This document shows, in pieces, positions 28,502-32,000 of a DNA stretch of 32,000 nucleotides; within the stretch, counting starts at the first letter, position 1, and every line of letters starts with the position of its first letter. The position numbers and the translations under genes were made by a program. This DNA comes from Raphidiopsis brookii D9 (GTDB lineage: Bacteria > Cyanobacteriota > Cyanobacteriia > Cyanobacteriales > Nostocaceae), in contig ACYB01000031.1 of NCBI GenBank assembly GCA_000175855.1, positions 1-32,000 of the forward strand. Reading direction: 5' to 3'. The notes beneath the pieces are model-generated. The model was not told where the DNA came from. It saw only the letters and a list, made by a program, of their open reading frames with translations, and ran no database searches.

Positions 28502-29035
28502 CTATTGAAAGTGGAAGTAGTACATTAGTTTGGAGACCAGGTCACCAGATAATCCCAACCTGTTTTGAAAATCCACCAGATTCCGATAAGCACCACCAGT
28601 GAGGCGGTTTTTTACCACCGCCTCCGCTAGGTCCATATCTATCGTTGGGATTTCCAATAGGGTTTCTATAGATGCCGTATTAACATTTATCGATTGGTGA
28701 TGTAATAGAGAGTGTTCGTCATAGTAGTTAAAAATCATTAATGGCTTGAGCGGTTCTAGTCGGTGAATAGGTAAACTCAAAGCCGCAGCGATGTCTTCAA
28801 TACAGTAAAACTTCACCCCAGAGCGGGACAATGCCACTAAAGAGCGACCTTGATGAATAGATAAACCAGGTAATCGTAACCAGTCATCCACATTGGCTTG
28901 ATTAACATCAATCCGCATACCTAATTGTGCAGCAAGATGTATTTCCTCTCCCGACTGTAAGCGATAGTAGGGATCATGAAGAAGTTTATCTCGTAATTTT
29001 TGCAACTTGAGATTCCAAGGAAACCAGCTAATCAT
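28502..29035 (-). CDS. ComEA-like tandem helix-hairpin-helix DNA-binding protein with no obvious membrane anchor
   Basis: 177 aa. It has two HhH units (IDVNQANVDDWLRLPGLS and INVNTASIETLLEIPTID). No N-terminal hydrophobic helix is visible. Confidence 0.65.
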   Translation of the reverse strand: MISWFPWNLKLQKLRDKLLHDPYYRLQSGEEIHLAAQLGMRIDVNQANVDDWLRLPGLSIHQGRSLVALSRSGVKFYCIEDIAAALSLPIHRLEPLKPLMIFNYYDEHSLLHHQSINVNTASIETLLEIPTIDMDLAEAVVKNRLTGGAYRNLVDFQNRLGLSGDLVSKLMYYFHFQ

Positions 29036-29053
29036 CGGAAATTATAGTCCCCA

Positions 29054-29449
29054 CTAAAAAATACGGTCTATCAATTGACGACGTTTTTGCTCGAATTCAT
29101 ATTCAGAAATCAACCCTTCCTCACGCAAAGCATCCAACTCACGTAAAGCATTAGCCACCGATTCTACATGGGTGCTCACTTCCGGGGAACTGTTAACTGA
29201 TAAGTTACCAGAATTAAACTTCCTGTTAAAAGTCTCCTCATCCTGTGTCAGATACCACACCCCCTCTATAGCACTAGCTATTTTGGGAATTGGTGTCCAC
29301 GACAACAATACATACACAATTCCCCATAGTGGTTGTCCCAAATAAAACTTGTGTAATCCGGAAATAGCGATCGCACCGGAAAAGGCCAGCACAGCCGCAA
29401 TGGCGCGGTTTTTCCGTTTTAGGAGCATACCCAATTGCACAAAACCCAC
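29054..29449 (-). CDS. TM2-domain membrane protein with a C-terminal SHOCT-like helix
   Basis: 131 aa. It has the TM2 signature GLHKFYLGQPLWGIVYVLL. The C-terminus LRELDALREEGLISEYEFEQKRRQLIDRI matches the SHOCT pattern. Confidence 0.7.
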   Translation of the reverse strand: MGFVQLGMLLKRKNRAIAAVLAFSGAIAISGLHKFYLGQPLWGIVYVLLSWTPIPKIASAIEGVWYLTQDEETFNRKFNSGNLSVNSSPEVSTHVESVANALRELDALREEGLISEYEFEQKRRQLIDRIF

Positions 29450-29624
29450 CTAAACCTAAAGTTTGCTTAGAAAACACTTTCTTTAACTCCTAGGGTAGCA
29501 CGAACTAATTAGGGAGGAGGGAATTCCCCGAAATAACTATTGCCAAAGCGGCCAGTTTGACCTCCAGACCTTAGCTAGGATGAATTTTTGGAATCGACCC
29601 CCAAACAAATCAGGAGTTTTGATT

Positions 29625-29984
29625 ATGATGATGATGATGACTGAATCCTTGACCACGGAAATGCAAAACTGCATCAATGCTACCACAGAATGTCATAAAA
29701 TCTGTTTAGAAACCATGACCTACTGTATGAGTCAAGGTGGTAAATATATGAGTGCCAGTCTCATCAGTGCCATGCGTGACTGCTCAGAATTCTGCATGAT
29801 ATGTACCAACATGCTAATTAGCGGTTCCCTATCTGCAGGAAAGACTTGTGCACTCTGTGCAGAAATATGCGATCGCTGTGCATTAGCTTGTGAGAGCATA
29901 TCCACTGATAAAAAAATGATAGGCTGTGCCAGTGCTTGTCGTAATTGTGCAGAAGCTTGTCGAGGAGTTAAAGTAGGAGTGTAA
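29625..29984 (+). CDS. Cysteine-rich four-helix-bundle protein (DUF326 / copper-storage-protein-like)
   Basis: CxxxC/CxxC repeats occur on four predicted helices (ECHKICLETMTYC; DCSEFCMICTN; CALCAEICDRCALAC; CASACRNCAEAC). CAGGAG lies 9 nt upstream of the first of five consecutive ATG codons (29625-29639). The ORF-track start at 29580 lacks proper SD spacing. Confidence 0.75.
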   Translation: MMMMMTESLTTEMQNCINATTECHKICLETMTYCMSQGGKYMSASLISAMRDCSEFCMICTNMLISGSLSAGKTCALCAEICDRCALACESISTDKKMIGCASACRNCAEACRGVKVGV

Positions 29985-30010
29985 GTTCATAGAGGGGGAC
30001 AGGGAATATA

Positions 30011-30029
30011 GAGAATATTTAGTATTCTC
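30011..30029 (+). terminator. Hairpin GAGAATA-TTTAG-TATTCTC after the DUF326 gene, nested inside a larger imperfect inverted repeat (29994-30064)
   Basis: Read directly. It is a 7-bp perfect stem with a 5-nt loop, 27 nt after the stop. There is no U-tract, so terminator function is uncertain. Confidence 0.3.
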
Positions 30030-30235
30030 CCGGGCAAAATGCGAGGTGGTAATACCTGTTCCCCAATAAATCATGATGAGGTTTCAGAGACCTTTGTAGT
30101 TTGGTCTAGACTTAATTTTAAAGGTATTTTAAAAGAATAAAGAAAGAATTGGGTAAATTTCACCTATGAAGTTCGGTTATACCACCCCCATGATGTAGAC
30201 GAAAGACTATAAGCTAGAGATCATGTAGTGCGGTG

Positions 30236-30257
30236 TATACTTTAATTATACTTTAAC
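30236..30257 (+). repeat. Tandem 11-bp repeat TATACTTTAAT / TATACTTTAAC, followed by a partial TATA, about 45 nt upstream of the histidine-kinase-like gene
   Basis: Read directly. The one-helical-turn spacing is typical of response-regulator or other dimeric regulator sites. It may also be overlapping -10-like boxes. Confidence 0.6.
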
Positions 30258-30303
30258 TATAGTTCAAATAATCGTCTCATAGTCAATCAAAGGGTGAAAA
30301 CCT

Positions 30304-31833
30304 GTGTACCAATGGATTTTACCAAGTTTGGCAGAAATTCTGGCTCAAAGCCAATCCCACACAGTTCCATGTTCATCTGAAAAAGCAGAACAACAATGGC
30401 GTGTCGGTCTTGCTGCTGCAGAACATCTCCTCCTAACGACTCTAACACCTACAACACCCCATCATACCACTCCAGGTTTTTGGTTTTTGACTGCACCAAC
30501 TCCTCTGTTTGGTCAACCCAATCTGACTCAAAACCTACAGATAGTCACCTTCGCGACTAAACCTTTTAACCCTTTGGCTTTAATGCCATTTGATATATCA
30601 CCAAAAGTGTTAGCAAACCAGGGCAATTTACTCTTTGATCAAGATACTACTATTAGAAGTAATACTTACTATTCCTATCTGTATAATAACAATAATAGCA
30701 TTCTCCCTGATAATTCTATTTTACCTTTATTAGCCCCCGATCCCCTGGGAAATGAGCAGTTTTGTCTAGTATTTACAGAAAAATTTACACTGGCTTTAGT
30801 ATTATCAGCTCCCACTGGTAGTAAAAAAGAGTTTTTATTTTCCTTTGAGCCGAATGTGGTTAAACAAGCTTGGCAAGCATTAGGAACAAGATTAGTTTTG
30901 ACTAATCCAGAATTGTTTTCCCAATTAGATGCTAGGATTGGGAATTACCCCCTAACTGCACCAAACTATCAAACCATTATTCAATTTAGTCAATTTTTGC
31001 TTGCTGAATTACCAGAATCAATTGACAGGCCCACCCATTCTTTTCCTATCTTTTCCTTTCCCCAGGATCCCGTTTTGTCATCTGCAAAACCTCCTTCCCG
31101 TTCTGATGTAGAACTACTGCAGGCATTTTCCCATGAGGTGCGCACACCTTTGACAACTATTCGTACCATGACACGACTGCTATTAAAGCGACAGGATTTA
31201 CCTGGAACTGTTGTCAAACGTTTGGAAGTTATTGATCACGAATGTACTGAGCAGATTGACCGTATGGAGTTATTATTTAAGGCCGCAGAGTTAGAAACTT
31301 CTGAAACTTCAAATTCCCAAACCGGGCAAATTGGTTCCCAGCTCACACCAATGTCCTTAAATCAGATCCTAGAACAAATTATTCCCCGTTGGCAACAAGC
31401 AGCAACTCGACGTAACTTGACTTTAGATGTAGCTTTACCTCAACAATTGCCAACAGTAGTTAGCAATCCCGCTATGCTAGATCGTGTACTAACTGGATTA
31501 ATGGAGAGTTTTACCCGCAGTTTACCTCCTGGTAGTTCTATTCAAGTTCAAGTTATTCCTGCAGGTCACCAACTTAAATTACAGTTATTACCTCGGTTGG
31601 GTTGTCATAATTCTACTAAAGATGTTCACCTACCCATTCGTAAAGCTCTTGGTCAATTGTTAATTTTTCAACCAGAGACTGGCACTATTAGTTTGAATGT
31701 TGCTGCGACTAAACACCTATTTCAGTCTATAGGTGGCAAGTTGATTGTGCGGCAAAATTCCCAATATGGTGAGGTAATGACACTATTTCTACCTTTGGAA
31801 ATTGATCCTAAGCACTCTATGGTACCGTCTTAA
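30304..31833 (+). CDS. Soluble histidine-kinase-like protein: unknown N-terminal domain, HisKA H-box and a degenerate HATPase_c-like C-terminus
   Basis: 509 aa with a GTG start. The H-box is LLQAFSHEVRTPLTTIRTM (His codon at 31132-31134). At the C-terminus the N-box position reads LDRVLTGLMESFTRSL with no Asn. No DxGxG (G1) or GxGLG (G2) is visible. No TM helix is visible. Confidence 0.75.
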   Translation: MYQWILPSLAEILAQSQSHTVPCSSEKAEQQWRVGLAAAEHLLLTTLTPTTPHHTTPGFWFLTAPTPLFGQPNLTQNLQIVTFATKPFNPLALMPFDISPKVLANQGNLLFDQDTTIRSNTYYSYLYNNNNSILPDNSILPLLAPDPLGNEQFCLVFTEKFTLALVLSAPTGSKKEFLFSFEPNVVKQAWQALGTRLVLTNPELFSQLDARIGNYPLTAPNYQTIIQFSQFLLAELPESIDRPTHSFPIFSFPQDPVLSSAKPPSRSDVELLQAFSHEVRTPLTTIRTMTRLLLKRQDLPGTVVKRLEVIDHECTEQIDRMELLFKAAELETSETSNSQTGQIGSQLTPMSLNQILEQIIPRWQQAATRRNLTLDVALPQQLPTVVSNPAMLDRVLTGLMESFTRSLPPGSSIQVQVIPAGHQLKLQLLPRLGCHNSTKDVHLPIRKALGQLLIFQPETGTISLNVAATKHLFQSIGGKLIVRQNSQYGEVMTLFLPLEIDPKHSMVPS

Positions 31834-31842
31834 CTCTACTAA

Positions 31843-32000
31843 TTAACAACTTTTAATTGGTTGGTTAATTGGCAGGCCCATTGCTAAAAGTGCAGTACCG
31901 TAAGCTGCTTCCGTGTGGGTGGATGGTATGACATTTGTTTTTAAAAATCTCTTTCTCATAGCAGTCCACGTAGAGTTAACTGCTCCACTACCAGCAGTAT
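31843..32000 (-). CDS. 3' end of a CDS truncated by the window edge; the C-terminus resembles FGGY-family carbohydrate kinases
   Basis: The reverse frame reads TAGSGAVNSTWTAMRKRFLKTNVIPSTHTEAAYGTALLAMGLPINQPIKSC and then a stop. The pattern GG(G/S)A..S..W.Q...D......V......E.AA.GAALLA is typical of FGGY kinase C-termini. Only 51 codons are visible. Confidence 0.45.
   Translation of the reverse strand, partial: TAGSGAVNSTWTAMRKRFLKTNVIPSTHTEAAYGTALLAMGLPINQPIKSC

Noticed and set aside
29580-29624. ATG-29580 as the start of the DUF326 gene
   Set aside because: AGGA abuts this ATG with no spacing. CAGGAG sits at ideal distance from ATG-29625, and family members are about 110-120 aa.
1-32000. 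Scan for tRNA, rRNA, tmRNA, RNase P or SRP RNA, transposase or integrase genes, inverted-repeat-bounded insertions, and defence-type operons
   Set aside because: I saw no T-loop-like GGTTCGAAT motifs, no rRNA-like conserved blocks, and no DDE or tyrosine-recombinase-like translations in the ORF track. I also saw no clustering of nuclease, ATPase or methylase genes. This was done by eye only, so small ncRNAs could be missed.

Overview
This window looks like ordinary cyanobacterial core chromosome, and I found no convincing multi-gene novel system. It is AT-rich and dense in the HIP1 octamer GCGATCGC: I count about 17 copies by eye, where fewer than 1 is expected by chance. Gene content fits a filamentous Nostocales-type genome, but that cannot be proven from the sequence alone.

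I support 28 CDS, one of them truncated at the right edge. They are mostly housekeeping genes:
- Biosynthesis and cofactors: leuA, Mg-chelatase chlH, ubiA-type 4-hydroxybenzoate prenyltransferase, hemW.
- Transport and secretion: PiT phosphate transporter, lepB.
- Nucleic-acid and phosphate metabolism: ruvX, ppx/gppA, AlkB.
- Other recognisable families: YqeG-type HAD phosphatase, PIN/TRAM protein, GNAT, Zn-ADH.

By eye I saw no rRNA, tRNA, CRISPR array, transposase, integrase or recognisable defence operon.

The observations most worth a second look are single loci:
1. A locally duplicated 170-200 bp non-coding module with a 70-bp perfect core. It carries promoter-like elements and a conserved 12-codon mini-ORF. 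It lies upstream of a remote DUF29-like gene, in the only accessory-looking gap (7050-8260).
2. A 677-aa fusion of a long coiled-coil and low-complexity region to a 10-TM EamA/DMT transporter.
3. A divergent 737-aa transketolase-family ThDP enzyme.
4. A soluble histidine-kinase-like protein with an intact H-box but degenerate ATP-binding boxes. A tandem 11-bp repeat precedes it.
5. A membrane-anchored 641-aa GTPase downstream of yqeG. Together with ruvX-DUF1292, this echoes Firmicute gene neighbourhoods.
6. A Cys-rich DUF326 four-helix-bundle protein with an (ATG)5 start.

All functional calls rest on motif recognition in the supplied translations. No searches were run.
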